64,000 nt of DNA from Gemmatimonadota bacterium (lineage in GTDB: Bacteria > Gemmatimonadota > Gemmatimonadetes > Longimicrobiales > Gaopeijiaceae): positions 1,152,001 through 1,216,000 of the forward strand of contig JAXHMG010000003.1 of assembly GCA_034521595.1 (NCBI GenBank). The letters are read 5' to 3'. This document shows, one piece after another, positions 29,251 to 43,078 of the stretch. Position numbers and translations under genes: made by a program. Positions within the stretch are counted from its first letter, which is position 1. Each line of letters begins with the position of its first letter. Under the pieces are notes generated by a model that worked only from the letters and a program-made list of their open reading frames with translations, searched no databases and had not been told where the DNA came from.

Positions 29251-31116
29251 ATGCCCGTGCCGGAGGCCCGGCGCCACGTGACCGTTTCCACCGAGACGCA
29301 CCACCCCATGCACCAAGGTCATTCCTCCGCCCCCCTGAGCGTCGGCCTCGCCCAGGTGAAGCCCGTGAAGGGGGACGTTCCCGCCAACCTGGAACACATT
29401 CGGACGCTCGTCTCGGGGCACGCCGAGGCGAGAGACGTGGATGTCCTCCTGTGTCCCGAGGCATGTCTCAGTGGGTATTTCCTCGAAGGTGGGGTCGCCG
29501 AAGCGGCCCTCACGGTCGACGAGCTTCGGGAAGGTCTGGGCCAGCCCCCGGCTGACGCACCCGACCTCGCGGTTGGCTTCTACGAGCGCTGGAACCGACG
29601 GACCTACAATAGCGCCGCATACCTGGAGCCGACTCCGGAAGGCTGGGACGTGCGACACGTGCACCGGAAGATGTTCTTGCCCACCTACGGCGTGTTCGAC
29701 GAGGGACGGTTCGTGGAAGCGGGAGCGGGCGTCGAAGCATTCGACACCCGCTTCGGACGGTTCGGCTTGTTGATCTGCGAAGACGCGTGGCACTCGCTGC
29801 CGGGGACCATTCTCGCCGTCGGGGGCGCGGAGCTGATTCTCGTCCCCAGCGCCTCACCGTCCAGGGGATTCGCTCCGGAGCGGGAAGGCCGCCCGGGGAA
29901 TCTCGCCCGGTGGGATCAACTCGCCCCCGCGATGGCGATGGAGCACGGCCTGTTCGTGGCGGTCGCCCAGCTCGCGGGGTCGGAAGGAGGCAAAGTGTTT
30001 CCGGGCGGATCCGTCGCGGTCGATCCCGGAGGTGAGGTCCTCGGCCGCGGACCGCTCTACGACGAAGGGGTCACGATCACCCACATGGATGCGGGTGCGA
30101 TCCAACGGGCACGTGCCGCGACTCCTCTGTTGTCCGACCTCGAGAAGATGCTCCCCAGGCTCGAGCGTTCCCTGCAGCGTGCGCACGCACGGGCGGAGCA
30201 GCGACACGGTGCAACCGAGCCCCTCCAGCCATCCGATCCTCCGCTCAACGGACGTATGGGCGCACGAGTGGGCCCCGGGCGAGCGCCGGTGGAGTACGTT
30301 TCTTCGCTGGACCTCGACCTCCCGTTGGTGCGCGAGACCCTCGTCGAGTTCATCCGAGAGGAGGTCAGGCGGCGGCGTGGCTTCGAACGCGTCGTCGTCG
30401 GCGTCTCGGGCGGTGTCGACTCCGCGGTCTCCCTGTTTCTGGCCTGCGAGGCGCTGGGTCCCGAAAATGTGTACGGGCTCCGGTTGCCATACCGGACCTC
30501 GAGTCAGGACAGCCTGGACCACGCTTCCCTGGCGCTGGATGCCACCGGGGCGCAGACGCGCACGATCGACATTTCCGATCCGATCGATCGGTACGTGGCC
30601 CAGCACGAGCCCGACATCACACCGACCCGCAAGGGGAATCTCATGGCGCGGATGCGCGCCGTCGTCCTCTTCGATCAATCCGCCAAGCTCGATGCGCTCC
30701 CGCTCGGCACCGGGAACAAAAGCGAACGATTGCTCGGATACTTCACATGGCACGCGGACGACTCGCCCCCCATCAATCCGATCGGCGACCTCTTCAAGAC
30801 CCAGGTATGGGCGTTGGCGCGTCACCTGGAGATCCCGGACGTGATCGTCGACAAGCCGGCCACCGCGGACCTGGTCCAGGGCGTCGACGATGAAGACGAG
30901 CTCGGGATCTCGTATCATGCGGCCGACCCGATTCTGCATGCGCTCTTGCAGGGCCATCGACGGCAGGATCTCGCGGAGATCGGGTTCGATCCGGAGGCGG
31001 TCGACCTCGTCTGGAAGCGGCTGAACGCCACGCACTGGAAGCGAGAGCTTCCCACGGTGGCGGTCCTCTCGTCGACCGCCATCGGGGCGTTCTACCTCAG
31101 ACCCGTGGACTACTGA
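29251..31116 (+). CDS. nadE: Glutamine-dependent NAD+ synthetase (nitrilase-type glutaminase fused to NadE)
   Basis: PEACLSGY / HRKMFLPTYG / LICEDAW E-K-C triad; GVSGGVDS P-loop, ARMR, GTGNKSE, PIGDLFKTQV; start may be 29278 or 29308. Confidence 0.92.
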   Translation: MPVPEARRHVTVSTETHHPMHQGHSSAPLSVGLAQVKPVKGDVPANLEHIRTLVSGHAEARDVDVLLCPEACLSGYFLEGGVAEAALTVDELREGLGQPPADAPDLAVGFYERWNRRTYNSAAYLEPTPEGWDVRHVHRKMFLPTYGVFDEGRFVEAGAGVEAFDTRFGRFGLLICEDAWHSLPGTILAVGGAELILVPSASPSRGFAPEREGRPGNLARWDQLAPAMAMEHGLFVAVAQLAGSEGGKVFPGGSVAVDPGGEVLGRGPLYDEGVTITHMDAGAIQRARAATPLLSDLEKMLPRLERSLQRAHARAEQRHGATEPLQPSDPPLNGRMGARVGPGRAPVEYVSSLDLDLPLVRETLVEFIREEVRRRRGFERVVVGVSGGVDSAVSLFLACEALGPENVYGLRLPYRTSSQDSLDHASLALDATGAQTRTIDISDPIDRYVAQHEPDITPTRKGNLMARMRAVVLFDQSAKLDALPLGTGNKSERLLGYFTWHADDSPPINPIGDLFKTQVWALARHLEIPDVIVDKPATADLVQGVDDEDELGISYHAADPILHALLQGHRRQDLAEIGFDPEAVDLVWKRLNATHWKRELPTVAVLSSTAIGAFYLRPVDY

Positions 31117-31117
31117 G

Positions 31118-31696
31118 ATGTTGCTCGTCATCGACAACTATGATTCGTTCACCTTCAACCTCGTGCAGCTCCTGGGACAGCTCGGCGAGGATCCGATGGT
31201 GCTGCGCAACGACGACCGGAGCGTCGCCGAGATCGCCGCGCTCGCGCCGCGAGCCATCGTCGTCTCGCCGGGCCCCGGGACTCCTGCGACGGCCGGAGTG
31301 AGTGTGGACGTGATTCGGCGGCTGGGCGGGGAAGGGACGCCGGTGCTCGGAGTATGTCTGGGGCATCAGTGCCTCGGCGAGGCTTTCGGGGGTCGCACGA
31401 TACGGGCCCATCGCACGATGCACGGAAAGACGGGGCCGATCCGGCATACGGGAGAAGGGTTGTTCCGGGGCTTGCCCGAATCCGTGAACGTGGCCCGCTA
31501 CCACTCGCTCGTCACCGACGCGTCACACCTTCCGGATGTCCTGCTACCGATGGCCTGGAGCACCGACGAGGCCGACGAAGGCGAAATTCAAGCCATGCGG
31601 CACCAGGAGCTTCCACTCTGGGGGGTCCAGTTCCATCCCGAGTCCCTCTTCAGCGCGCACGGTGGGCAGCTCCTCTCGAACTTCCTGGAGCTCTGA
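31118..31696 (+). CDS. Anthranilate/aminodeoxychorismate synthase component II (class I glutamine amidotransferase, TrpG/PabA)
   Basis: IDNYDSFT, SPGPG, GVCLGHQ, RYHSL, QFHPES. Confidence 0.93.
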   Translation: MLLVIDNYDSFTFNLVQLLGQLGEDPMVLRNDDRSVAEIAALAPRAIVVSPGPGTPATAGVSVDVIRRLGGEGTPVLGVCLGHQCLGEAFGGRTIRAHRTMHGKTGPIRHTGEGLFRGLPESVNVARYHSLVTDASHLPDVLLPMAWSTDEADEGEIQAMRHQELPLWGVQFHPESLFSAHGGQLLSNFLEL

Positions 31697-31730
31697 CGTG
31701 ATGCGGCCCGAGTCGGGCCGATTCATCGGG

Positions 31731-31760
31731 TTGACCCTCCCCCCTGGAACCCGGTAGCTT
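31731..31760 (+). promoter_or_regulatory. Putative sigma70-type promoter of the kdsB...rpoN operon
   Basis: TTGACC-N18-TAGCTT. Confidence 0.55.
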
Positions 31761-31762
31761 TC

Positions 31763-31779
31763 TTGGCGTGAATTTTGCA
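31763..31779 (+). promoter_or_regulatory. Putative sigma54 -24/-12 site upstream of kdsB
   Basis: TTGGCGTGAATTTTGCA, GG-N10-GC with TTGCA, in an AT-rich intergenic stretch. Confidence 0.6.
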
Positions 31780-31814
31780 TACCCCGCGCGCGCCTCCGTT
31801 AACCGGGATGTCTC

Positions 31815-35074
<3,260 letters not shown>

Positions 35075-35078
<4 letters not shown>

Positions 35079-35635
35079 ACGTCAATCCGGTCCCCGTCGA
35101 CCGCGCCGCCGCCATCCGACTCGTGATCTTCGACGTGGACGGCGTGCTCACGGACGCGGGCGTCTACCTCGGTGCGTCACAACACGATGACCCCATCGAG
35201 CTCAAGCGGTTTGACATCCATGACGGCATCGGCATGAAGATGCTCGAGTGGGCGGGGATCGAAGTGGCCTGGGTTTCGGGACGGGTCTCGGCGGCCACGA
35301 CCATTCGGGCCCGGGAGTTGGGTATCGAGGAGTGCCACCAGGAGCCGGGCGCGTTCAAGCTCGGCGCCGTACGAGATCTCATGGAGCGCAAGGGGCTCGA
35401 GTGGAACGAGTTGGCCATGGTAGCGGACGACATACCCGACCTGGCGGTGTACGAACAGGTCGGGCTGCGGGCCGCCGTCGCCAACGCCACCGCGCCGGTC
35501 TCGAGCATCGCCCACTGGCGAGCGGAGCGGCGCGGCGGGCACGGAGCCGTCCGCGAGTTCTGCGACGCACTCCTGGAAGCGCGCGGGTGCCTCGGCGACG
35601 TGATCGCGACCTATGTCGCGGACCGGAAGCGCTGA
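35075..35635 (+). CDS. kdsC: Kdo-8-phosphate phosphatase (HAD)
   Basis: FDVDGVLTD, GGHGAVRE. Confidence 0.92.
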
Positions 35636-35637
35636 CG

Positions 35638-36606
35638 ATGAGGAGCGACGCTTCTCTCGTGGACGAAGGACGCCGGGTCCTCCTCACGGAGGCCGAGGCC
35701 GTGCGAGCGCTCGCGCCCCGCCTGGGCACGAGGTTCGTCGACGCATGCCGCATGGTCGCGGAAGCGCCGGGCCGAGTCGTTCTGAGCGGAATCGGCAAGA
35801 GTGGACACATCGCGCGCAAGATCGCGGGAACGCTCACGTCAACCGGCACTCCGGCCACGTTCATGCACGCGGTGGAAGCGCTGCACGGTGACCTCGGGAT
35901 CGTGGGGAGCGGTGACGTGGCGATCCTCGTCTCCCGATCGGGGCGAGGCTCGGAGATCGGTGGGCTCATCGGATATCTCGGACGCCTGGGCACCCCCATC
36001 ATCGGGCTGACCGGCGATGCGGACGGCGACCTGGCACGCAACGCCGACGTCGTTCTGGATTGTGCGGTGGATCGGGAAGCGTGCCCCATGGATCTCACCC
36101 CCACGTCCTCGACCACGGCTGCCCTCGCCATGGGCGACGCGTTGGCCATGGTCGTGCTGCAGTTGAAGGGTTTCGAGTCGGACGACTTCGCCGCGCTCCA
36201 TCCCGGCGGAGCCCTGGGCCTCAAGCTCACCGTGCGGGTCTCCGATATCATGATCGGGGTAGGCTATCCCTGGCTCCCGGACGACGCGACGATGCGTGAC
36301 GCGATCGTTCCCCTCGCCGAGATGCGGGGCACGGTGCCGATCGTCGACGGCGACCACCGCCTCGTCGGAATCGTCACGACCGGTGACCTCACACGGCTCA
36401 TGGAACGCGATGACACCTTCCTGCAACGCAGCGTCGCGCAGGTCATGACGCGCACGCCCAAGACCGCCGCTCCCGACGAGCTGGGCGCGGTCGCGATCCG
36501 CCGGATGGAAGACCACGGGATCATGGCTCTTCCGGTCGTTACCGACGGGCATGATTTGGTGGGCGTCGTGCACCTTCACGATCTGATGCGTTCGGGGGCG
36601 GTATGA
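35638..36606 (+). CDS. kdsD: Arabinose-5-phosphate isomerase (KpsF/GutQ family, SIS + CBS)
   Basis: GIGKSGHIARKIA, EALHGDLG, PTSSTT, HPGGALG; ATG at 35638. Confidence 0.93.
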   Translation: MRSDASLVDEGRRVLLTEAEAVRALAPRLGTRFVDACRMVAEAPGRVVLSGIGKSGHIARKIAGTLTSTGTPATFMHAVEALHGDLGIVGSGDVAILVSRSGRGSEIGGLIGYLGRLGTPIIGLTGDADGDLARNADVVLDCAVDREACPMDLTPTSSTTAALAMGDALAMVVLQLKGFESDDFAALHPGGALGLKLTVRVSDIMIGVGYPWLPDDATMRDAIVPLAEMRGTVPIVDGDHRLVGIVTTGDLTRLMERDDTFLQRSVAQVMTRTPKTAAPDELGAVAIRRMEDHGIMALPVVTDGHDLVGVVHLHDLMRSGAV

Positions 36607-37178
36607 TCGCCGGACACGTCGCCCGTCTCGCTAGCCCGGTGCGGCTGTTGGGAGCACCGATGCTCTCGTTGGCGCTCGTCCTGTCGGCATGCACGGACAC
36701 CACCGAGGCTCCGGTGGCGGACAGCGAGATCCTGAACCTGGAGGCCGACAACGTCATCTACGGCATGTCGAGCTACCTCACCGTGGAAGGTGTCCGAGAG
36801 GGTCACGTGGAGGCGGACACGGCATACATGTACGTGGACTCGGCGCATGTGGACCTGCGCGGCATGACGATCGTTTTCCACGATGACAACGGCCGGCCCC
36901 GTGCCACGGTGACCGGACGCACGGGCGACTGGGACCAGAACCGCGACATCATGATCGCGCGCGGCGACGTGCTCCTCGTCATCCACGGCGACGATCGGGA
37001 GATCCGAACGGAGGAGCTCCACTACGACGCCTACCGCGAGCGGATCTGGAGCGATTCCACGACGACCCAGACGCTCGCGGACGGAACGGTCACACGGGGA
37101 TCCGCCTTCGAGTCCGATCTCGAATTCGAAGATGTCCGCATCGAGAACATCCGAGGTGGTGGCCGTGAAGCGCCTTGA
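36603..37178 (+). CDS. lptC: LPS export protein LptC (lipoprotein-like)
   Basis: Position between kdsD and lptA/B; LSAC lipobox; TEELHYD beta-jellyroll pattern. Confidence 0.8.
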   Translation: MIAGHVARLASPVRLLGAPMLSLALVLSACTDTTEAPVADSEILNLEADNVIYGMSSYLTVEGVREGHVEADTAYMYVDSAHVDLRGMTIVFHDDNGRPRATVTGRTGDWDQNRDIMIARGDVLLVIHGDDREIRTEELHYDAYRERIWSDSTTTQTLADGTVTRGSAFESDLEFEDVRIENIRGGGREAP

Positions 37179-38652
37179 GTGGGCGCGGCGAAGAGCCGCG
37201 GAGGCCGTCGGGCACTCACTCTCGCTGCTGTTGCTGTGCCTGCTCACCCTCGCGACACCGAGCGCCGGGACGGCCCAGGAAGGGTGTGAATTCGGGCCCG
37301 AGGGCAACGACGTGCTCCGGCAGGTCACGCTCACGGGAGGCGACGCGATCTTCTACGTGACGCGCCCGCACCTCGTCTGTGAGGACGGCATACAGATATG
37401 GGCCGACTCCGCGGTCGCGTTCACGTCGTCCGACATGGCCCACCTGATCGGATCGGTCCGATACGAGGATCCCGCGCGCACGCTCCGTGCGGCCGAAGCG
37501 CGTTATTTCTCGGAAGTCGGTCGGCTCCAGGCCGAGGGTGAGCTCCGGGTGGAGGACCGCGACGAAGGCTCCGTGATCGAGCACGGCTCACTCGTCTACT
37601 TCCGGGAAACGTCCTTCCGGCGCGAAGAGTCGATGACGGTCACCGCGCGCCAGAACGAGCCGAGGCCCACGGCCACGGTGGTCGACGCGGGAAGCTCGGC
37701 GGAGCGGGACACCGAGCTCGTCGCGCCGGACTTCCCCTCCTTGGAACCCTCCACGGAGGACGATACCCGGCGCGTGTACGTGGTCACGGGTGACGAGATT
37801 CTCTCGCGGGGGGGCGGCTACCTGCGATCCATAGGCTCGGTCGAGCTCGTGTCCGACTCGATCCTCGCCTTCTCGGACACCCTCGAGTACGAGGAGGCCG
37901 AGAACCGTCTCGTGCTCCGGGGGAGCGCACGTGTCGACGCGCCCGACTACGACCTCCGGGGCGCGAGCATCGAGCTGCTCACGCCGGAGCCCGCGCACCG
38001 CGAGATCCGTGCGAGCCGGAACGCCGTGCTCACCGGCGAGGACCTCGAGCTCACCGCGGAGCGTATCTTCCTCTTCGCGAGACAGGACCGCTTGGAGCGT
38101 CTCGTGGCCCTCCCGCCCGTGAAGGAGGATACGGTCAGCAGCGGTCCGCCCGAGGGAGACTCGATCGACTCCGGTCCCGGTCGGCCGCGCGCCGTCTCGG
38201 ATGATCTCGAGATCACGGCGGATTCGCTCGAGATCCTCGCTCCGGGCGAAACGCTCGAGCGATTGTTCGCCGCCGGCCGTGCACGCAGCGTCTCTACCGC
38301 GAGGGATTCGCTGACCACCGAGCAGCTCCCGGAGGTTGCCCGAACCGACTGGCTGGAAGGCGACACGATCGTCGTGACGTTCGTTCCGGATACGACGAGT
38401 GAGGTCGACGGGGAACGCCGCACCCGGGTGGACCGCATCATCGCCTCGGTGTCGGCGCGTAGCCTCTACCGCTTGACGCCTTCGGACGCGAGCGCCGAGG
38501 CGGGCGTGGATCCTCCCGCGGTGCACTACGTCGTCGGAGACCGGATCACGATCGTCATGCGGGACGACGAAGTCGAACGGATGGAAGTCGAGGGCCAGAC
38601 GGTCGGGGTCCACCTCGAGCCCCTCCCCCGAGATCCGGATCCGGAACCATGA
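37165..38652 (+). CDS. Large OstA/LptA-like beta-jellyroll periplasmic protein
   Basis: Signal peptide; repeated ADS/GDTI beta motifs; sits between lptC and lptB; start uncertain. Confidence 0.65.
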   Translation: MKRLEWARRRAAEAVGHSLSLLLLCLLTLATPSAGTAQEGCEFGPEGNDVLRQVTLTGGDAIFYVTRPHLVCEDGIQIWADSAVAFTSSDMAHLIGSVRYEDPARTLRAAEARYFSEVGRLQAEGELRVEDRDEGSVIEHGSLVYFRETSFRREESMTVTARQNEPRPTATVVDAGSSAERDTELVAPDFPSLEPSTEDDTRRVYVVTGDEILSRGGGYLRSIGSVELVSDSILAFSDTLEYEEAENRLVLRGSARVDAPDYDLRGASIELLTPEPAHREIRASRNAVLTGEDLELTAERIFLFARQDRLERLVALPPVKEDTVSSGPPEGDSIDSGPGRPRAVSDDLEITADSLEILAPGETLERLFAAGRARSVSTARDSLTTEQLPEVARTDWLEGDTIVVTFVPDTTSEVDGERRTRVDRIIASVSARSLYRLTPSDASAEAGVDPPAVHYVVGDRITIVMRDDEVERMEVEGQTVGVHLEPLPRDPDPEP

Positions 38653-39455
38653 GCGTGTCGCAGGCGGGGGATCACAGCCGGCTGGCCGGACACCACCTGA
38701 CGAAGACGTACCAGCGGCGCAACGTCGTGGACGACGTCGACATCGAAGTGTCACAGGCGGAGACCGTCGGTCTGCTGGGGCCGAACGGGGCGGGGAAGAC
38801 CACGACCTTTTATATCATGGTCGGCCTGATCCCGCCGGATGCCGGATCGGTCACGTTGGACGGCGAGACGCTCACGCGAACCCCTATGTACCTTCGCGCC
38901 CGGAAAGGCATCGGGTATCTCGCACAGGAACCGTCGGTCTTCCGGAAGCTCACCGTCGAAGAAAACGTGCTGGCCATCTTGCAGACCCTCGGTCTGCCGC
39001 GCGAGGAAGAGCGGCGGAGGCTGGAGGGGCTTCTCCGCGAGCTCGGCCTCGAGGGCCTCCGCAAGAACAAGGCGTACGCCCTCTCCGGCGGTGAGCGTCG
39101 CCGGCTCGAGATCACCCGCGCGTTGGTGCAACGCCCCAAGTTCATGCTCCTCGACGAGCCGTTCGCCGGCATCGACCCCATCGCGGTCAACGACATCCAG
39201 GAGATCGTGCGTGGCCTTCGAGAGCGGGGGATCGGCGTCATCATCTCCGACCACAACGTCGAGCAGACCCTGGATATCGTCGACCGGGCGTACATCATGT
39301 ACGAGGGGCGCATCCACGTGAGCGGAAACGTGTCCGAGCTGGTCTGGAACGACGAAGTCGCGCAGATCTATCTCGGCCCCGCGCTCACCGCACGCATGCG
39401 TGGACGGTACGAGCGTCCCCCCGTCACCGTGAGCGAAACGGGTCCGTCCCGATGA
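38649..39455 (+). CDS. lptB: LPS export ABC ATPase
   Basis: [37 protein letters not shown]. Confidence 0.96.
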   Translation: MSVSQAGDHSRLAGHHLTKTYQRRNVVDDVDIEVSQAETVGLLGPNGAGKTTTFYIMVGLIPPDAGSVTLDGETLTRTPMYLRARKGIGYLAQEPSVFRKLTVEENVLAILQTLGLPREEERRRLEGLLRELGLEGLRKNKAYALSGGERRRLEITRALVQRPKFMLLDEPFAGIDPIAVNDIQEIVRGLRERGIGVIISDHNVEQTLDIVDRAYIMYEGRIHVSGNVSELVWNDEVAQIYLGPALTARMRGRYERPPVTVSETGPSR

Positions 39456-40963
39456 GCCAACTCAATACGAAGCTGTACCAGAGCACGCAGCTCAAGCAGG
39501 AGATGCGGATCAACCCTCGCCTGTACCAGGCGATGGAGTTGCTCTACATGCCGCTGCTCGACCTCCAACAGCACTTGAAGCAGGAGCTGACGGAGAACCC
39601 CTTCCTCGAGATGAGCGAAGGAGATATCGAGCAGGAGGTCGAGCTCAAGGAAGATACGACGGACGACCCGCTCGGGGACGACGAGGTCGACTGGGAGGAG
39701 ATCCTGCTCGACGGCTTCGACGTGGGTGGCCGCAAGGCGCAATACGAGCACAAGGAGTACATCGAGCCCACGCCCGTCGAGACGCCGGACCTCCAAGACT
39801 ACCTCGACGAGCAGCTCCGCATGCTTCCGCTGTCCGAGCGCGACCTCCGGATGGGAGAGGAGATCATCGGGAACACCGACGAAACGGGCATGTTCGTATC
39901 GTCGCTCGATGAAGTCGTGCGTGGCGCCAATGAATGGCTCGACGACGTGCGGCCGGTGGCCGTGGCCAAGGCCCGGGAGATCGAAGACGAAGAAGAGCGC
40001 GCACTCGAGCTCCGGGAAATCGAGGAGATGTTTCGACCTTACGAGGTCGAAGAAGCCGAGCACATGCTCGAGGTCGTCCAGGGGATGGATCCGCCCGGCG
40101 TAGGTGCACGGGACATCCAGGAGTGCATTCTGCTCCAACTCCGGGAGGCCGACGATCCCGAGGAATCTCTCGCGCGCACGATCGTGGAGCATTATTTCGA
40201 CGCACTCGTCAACCACCGGTGGAATGACATCGCGAAGGAGCTGGACCTGACGGCGATGGAGGTCCAGAACGCGGCCGACCGGATCAGCTCTTTGGATCCC
40301 AAGCCCGGTCTCAAGTACTCTCCCGACCCCGACGAATACGTCATCCCCGACCTGATCGTGGAGAAGATCGACGGGGACTACATGGTCTTCGCCAACGACA
40401 CGAGCTTGCCCCGGTTGCGCATCTCACAGTCCTACCGGGACGTGGCTCGGGACAAGAGCAAGTTCACCGGCGAGAGCAAAGACTTCATCGCGTCCAAGCT
40501 CAACTCGGCCAACTGGATGATCCAGGCCATCGAGCAGCGGCGCCAAACCATGCTGAAGGTGATGAACTTCATCGTGGACCGGCAGCGCGACTTCTTCGAG
40601 CGCGGCGTCCAGCATCTGCGGCCGCTCACCCTACGAGAGGTCGCCGACTACATCGAGATGCACGAATCGACCGTCTCTCGTGTGACGAACAAGAAGTTCG
40701 TTCAGACCCCACGCGGCGTGTACCCGCTCAAGTACTTCTTCTCGAGCGGGCTCTCCACGATGAGCGGCGACGACATCTCGGCGCGCGGCGTGAAGGACAT
40801 GATCAAGGGCATGGTGATGGAGGAAGACCCGAAGAAGCCCCTCACGGACCAAGCGATCGTGACCCGGCTCAAGAACGAGGGCGTGAAGATCGCCCGCCGA
40901 ACCGTGGCGAAATACCGAGACCAGCTCGGGATCATGCCGGCCCGTATGAGAAAGCGTGTCTGA
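39452..40963 (+). CDS. rpoN: RNA polymerase sigma-54 factor
   Basis: ENPFLE region I, HESTVSR HTH, RpoN box ARRTVAKYR. Confidence 0.98.
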   Translation: MSQLNTKLYQSTQLKQEMRINPRLYQAMELLYMPLLDLQQHLKQELTENPFLEMSEGDIEQEVELKEDTTDDPLGDDEVDWEEILLDGFDVGGRKAQYEHKEYIEPTPVETPDLQDYLDEQLRMLPLSERDLRMGEEIIGNTDETGMFVSSLDEVVRGANEWLDDVRPVAVAKAREIEDEEERALELREIEEMFRPYEVEEAEHMLEVVQGMDPPGVGARDIQECILLQLREADDPEESLARTIVEHYFDALVNHRWNDIAKELDLTAMEVQNAADRISSLDPKPGLKYSPDPDEYVIPDLIVEKIDGDYMVFANDTSLPRLRISQSYRDVARDKSKFTGESKDFIASKLNSANWMIQAIEQRRQTMLKVMNFIVDRQRDFFERGVQHLRPLTLREVADYIEMHESTVSRVTNKKFVQTPRGVYPLKYFFSSGLSTMSGDDISARGVKDMIKGMVMEEDPKKPLTDQAIVTRLKNEGVKIARRTVAKYRDQLGIMPARMRKRV

Positions 40964-41918
40964 ACTCGGCCAAGCGATGCGTCGCGACTTCGCCGTCGTC
41001 GTGCCGGCGTTCAACGAAGCCCCGGTCGTAGGGGACCTCATCCGCGAGCTGCGAGAGACGTTCGACCGCTGCGGGCTCGAGGGAGAGGTCCTGTTCGTGG
41101 ACGACGGCTCGACGGACGGCACGGCGTCGATCGCCGAACGGGAAGGTGCCGGTTGGGACGGCTTCCGGGTTCTCCGGCATGGAACGAATCTGGGAAAGAC
41201 GGAAGCGTTACAGACGGCCTCGGCCGCGACCGACCGCAGCTACCTGGTCCTCTTCGACGCCGACCTTCAGCATCTCCCGGACGAGATTCCCCGGTTCCTG
41301 AAGAAGCTCGAGGAAGGGTGGGACATCGTGACGGGGCGCAAAGTCGGCCATTACGACAAGAGAGCGGTCTCGTCGATCTACAACCGCCTGTCCCGCAGGA
41401 TCTTCCGGGTACCGGTATCCGACCTCAACTCGATGAAGGGATTCCGGCGGGACATCCTCGAGGGCATCCAGCTTCGTCACGATTGGCACCGTTTTTTCGT
41501 TGTCCTCGCGCACGCGCGCGGGGCCTCCATTACCGAGATCGACATCGATCTCCATCCGAGGCGAGCGGGAACGTCGAAGTTCCAGAGCCCACTCCGGATT
41601 CTCGTCGGCATCTTCGACCTGGTCTCGGTCTGGTTTCTCCTTCTGTTCTCCAGGAAGCCGCTCCTGTTGTTCGGTGGCACGGGCCTCGCGCTCGCGGTCC
41701 TCGGCATCGTGGTCGCCGTCGTCACGACCTATCTCCGCTTCGTTCATCCCATGCTCGGATTCGAACCGTACATTCCGCCGATGGGGTACCGGCCGCTTCT
41801 CTACCTCGTCATGCTGCTGGAGACGGTCGGGTTCGTGCTGGTCGGCTTCGGTCTCGTCTCCGAGCAGGTGGCTCAGGTGCGCGACGAGCTCGAGGCCATT
41901 CGCAGGCAGGACCGGTGA
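40956..41918 (+). CDS. GT2 polyprenyl-phosphate glycosyltransferase (ArnC/GtrB/CsbB-like, two C-terminal TMs)
   Basis: VVVPAFNE, VDDGSTD, FDADLQH, R.AG.SK. Confidence 0.88.
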   Translation: MSELGQAMRRDFAVVVPAFNEAPVVGDLIRELRETFDRCGLEGEVLFVDDGSTDGTASIAEREGAGWDGFRVLRHGTNLGKTEALQTASAATDRSYLVLFDADLQHLPDEIPRFLKKLEEGWDIVTGRKVGHYDKRAVSSIYNRLSRRIFRVPVSDLNSMKGFRRDILEGIQLRHDWHRFFVVLAHARGASITEIDIDLHPRRAGTSKFQSPLRILVGIFDLVSVWFLLLFSRKPLLLFGGTGLALAVLGIVVAVVTTYLRFVHPMLGFEPYIPPMGYRPLLYLVMLLETVGFVLVGFGLVSEQVAQVRDELEAIRRQDR

Positions 41919-43078
41919 CGCCGTCCTCCCGGGCGAAGGTCCTCGTCGTCGTGGGCACGCGCCCCGAAGCCATCAAGATGGCCCCGGTCGTGAACGCACT
42001 CGGGAACGAGTCGGACGTCGACGTGCGCGTGGCGCTCACGGGGCAACACGGAGACCTGGTGGACCAGGCCCTACGCGCGTTCGGAACGGTGCCCGACTAT
42101 GATCTCGAAATCATGAAGCCGGACCAGAGCCTGTATGACGTCGTGCACGGCGTGTTGGACGGATTGCGCGAGGTCGTGCGGTCGTACGAGCCCGACCTCC
42201 TGCTCGTTCAGGGCGATACGGCGACGGTGTTCACCGCGTCGCTCGTCGGGTTCTTCGAGCACGTCCGCGTCGGCCATGTCGAAGCCGGTCTCCGGAGCGG
42301 GCGGGACCGGACCAAGCCTTTTCCCGAAGAGATGTTCCGGCGCCTGACGGACGTGGTCGCCGATCTCTACTTCGCACCGACCTCTCGGGCCCGGGACGCC
42401 CTCCTGGCCGAAGACGTGCCGGCCGAGCGCGTCTTCGTCACCGGCAACACCGTGGTCGACGCCCTCCAAGCGGCGGCGGCCCAGCGCCGTCCCGTGAGCG
42501 ACCCGGACCTGAAGACGGTCGTGGACGATCCGACCGCTCAGCTCATCCTGCTCACCGTGCACCGGCGGGAGTCGTTCGGCGAGCCGATCCGCGGCGTCTT
42601 TCAGGCCGTGCGGGCACTCGCCGACCTGGCGGCCAACGCCCGTATCGTCTACCCCGTGCACCCGAACCCGAACGTGTCCGCGCCGGCACGAGAGCTTCTC
42701 TCGGGCCATCCCCGCATCGCCTTGACGCCACCGCTCGACTACTTCGACCTCGTGGCGGCCCTACAGCGGGCCGACCTCGTCCTCACGGATTCCGGGGGCA
42801 TCCAGGAAGAGGCCCCGACGTTCGGAGCCCCCGTGCTCGTGCTCCGCGACCGTACCGAACGGCCGGAGGGCGTGGAAGCCGGAGCCGCGGAGATCGTCGG
42901 AACCGACCGAAGCCTCATCCTCTCGCGCAGCCGGAGCCTGCTGCGTGGGCAACGCGAACGCGAGGGGACGGGTGTGCGTCAACCATATGGAGACGGACAC
43001 GCGGCAGCACGGATCGCCGACATCGTCGCCGCCGAGCTCACGGGCCGTCCGCGGACGACGACCGACTGGACACCGTGA
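41915..43078 (+). CDS. wecB: UDP-N-acetylglucosamine 2-epimerase (non-hydrolysing)
   Basis: GTG overlapping GT2 stop; GTRPEAIKMAP, VQGDT, HVEAGLRS, TDSGGIQEEAP. Confidence 0.95.
   Translation: MTPSSRAKVLVVVGTRPEAIKMAPVVNALGNESDVDVRVALTGQHGDLVDQALRAFGTVPDYDLEIMKPDQSLYDVVHGVLDGLREVVRSYEPDLLLVQGDTATVFTASLVGFFEHVRVGHVEAGLRSGRDRTKPFPEEMFRRLTDVVADLYFAPTSRARDALLAEDVPAERVFVTGNTVVDALQAAAAQRRPVSDPDLKTVVDDPTAQLILLTVHRRESFGEPIRGVFQAVRALADLAANARIVYPVHPNPNVSAPARELLSGHPRIALTPPLDYFDLVAALQRADLVLTDSGGIQEEAPTFGAPVLVLRDRTERPEGVEAGAAEIVGTDRSLILSRSRSLLRGQREREGTGVRQPYGDGHAAARIADIVAAELTGRPRTTTDWTP

Noticed and set aside
31704..31720. Hairpin CGGCCCG-agt-CGGGCCG after trpG/pabA as an intrinsic terminator
   Set aside because: No U-tract follows, and short GC stems are common by chance here
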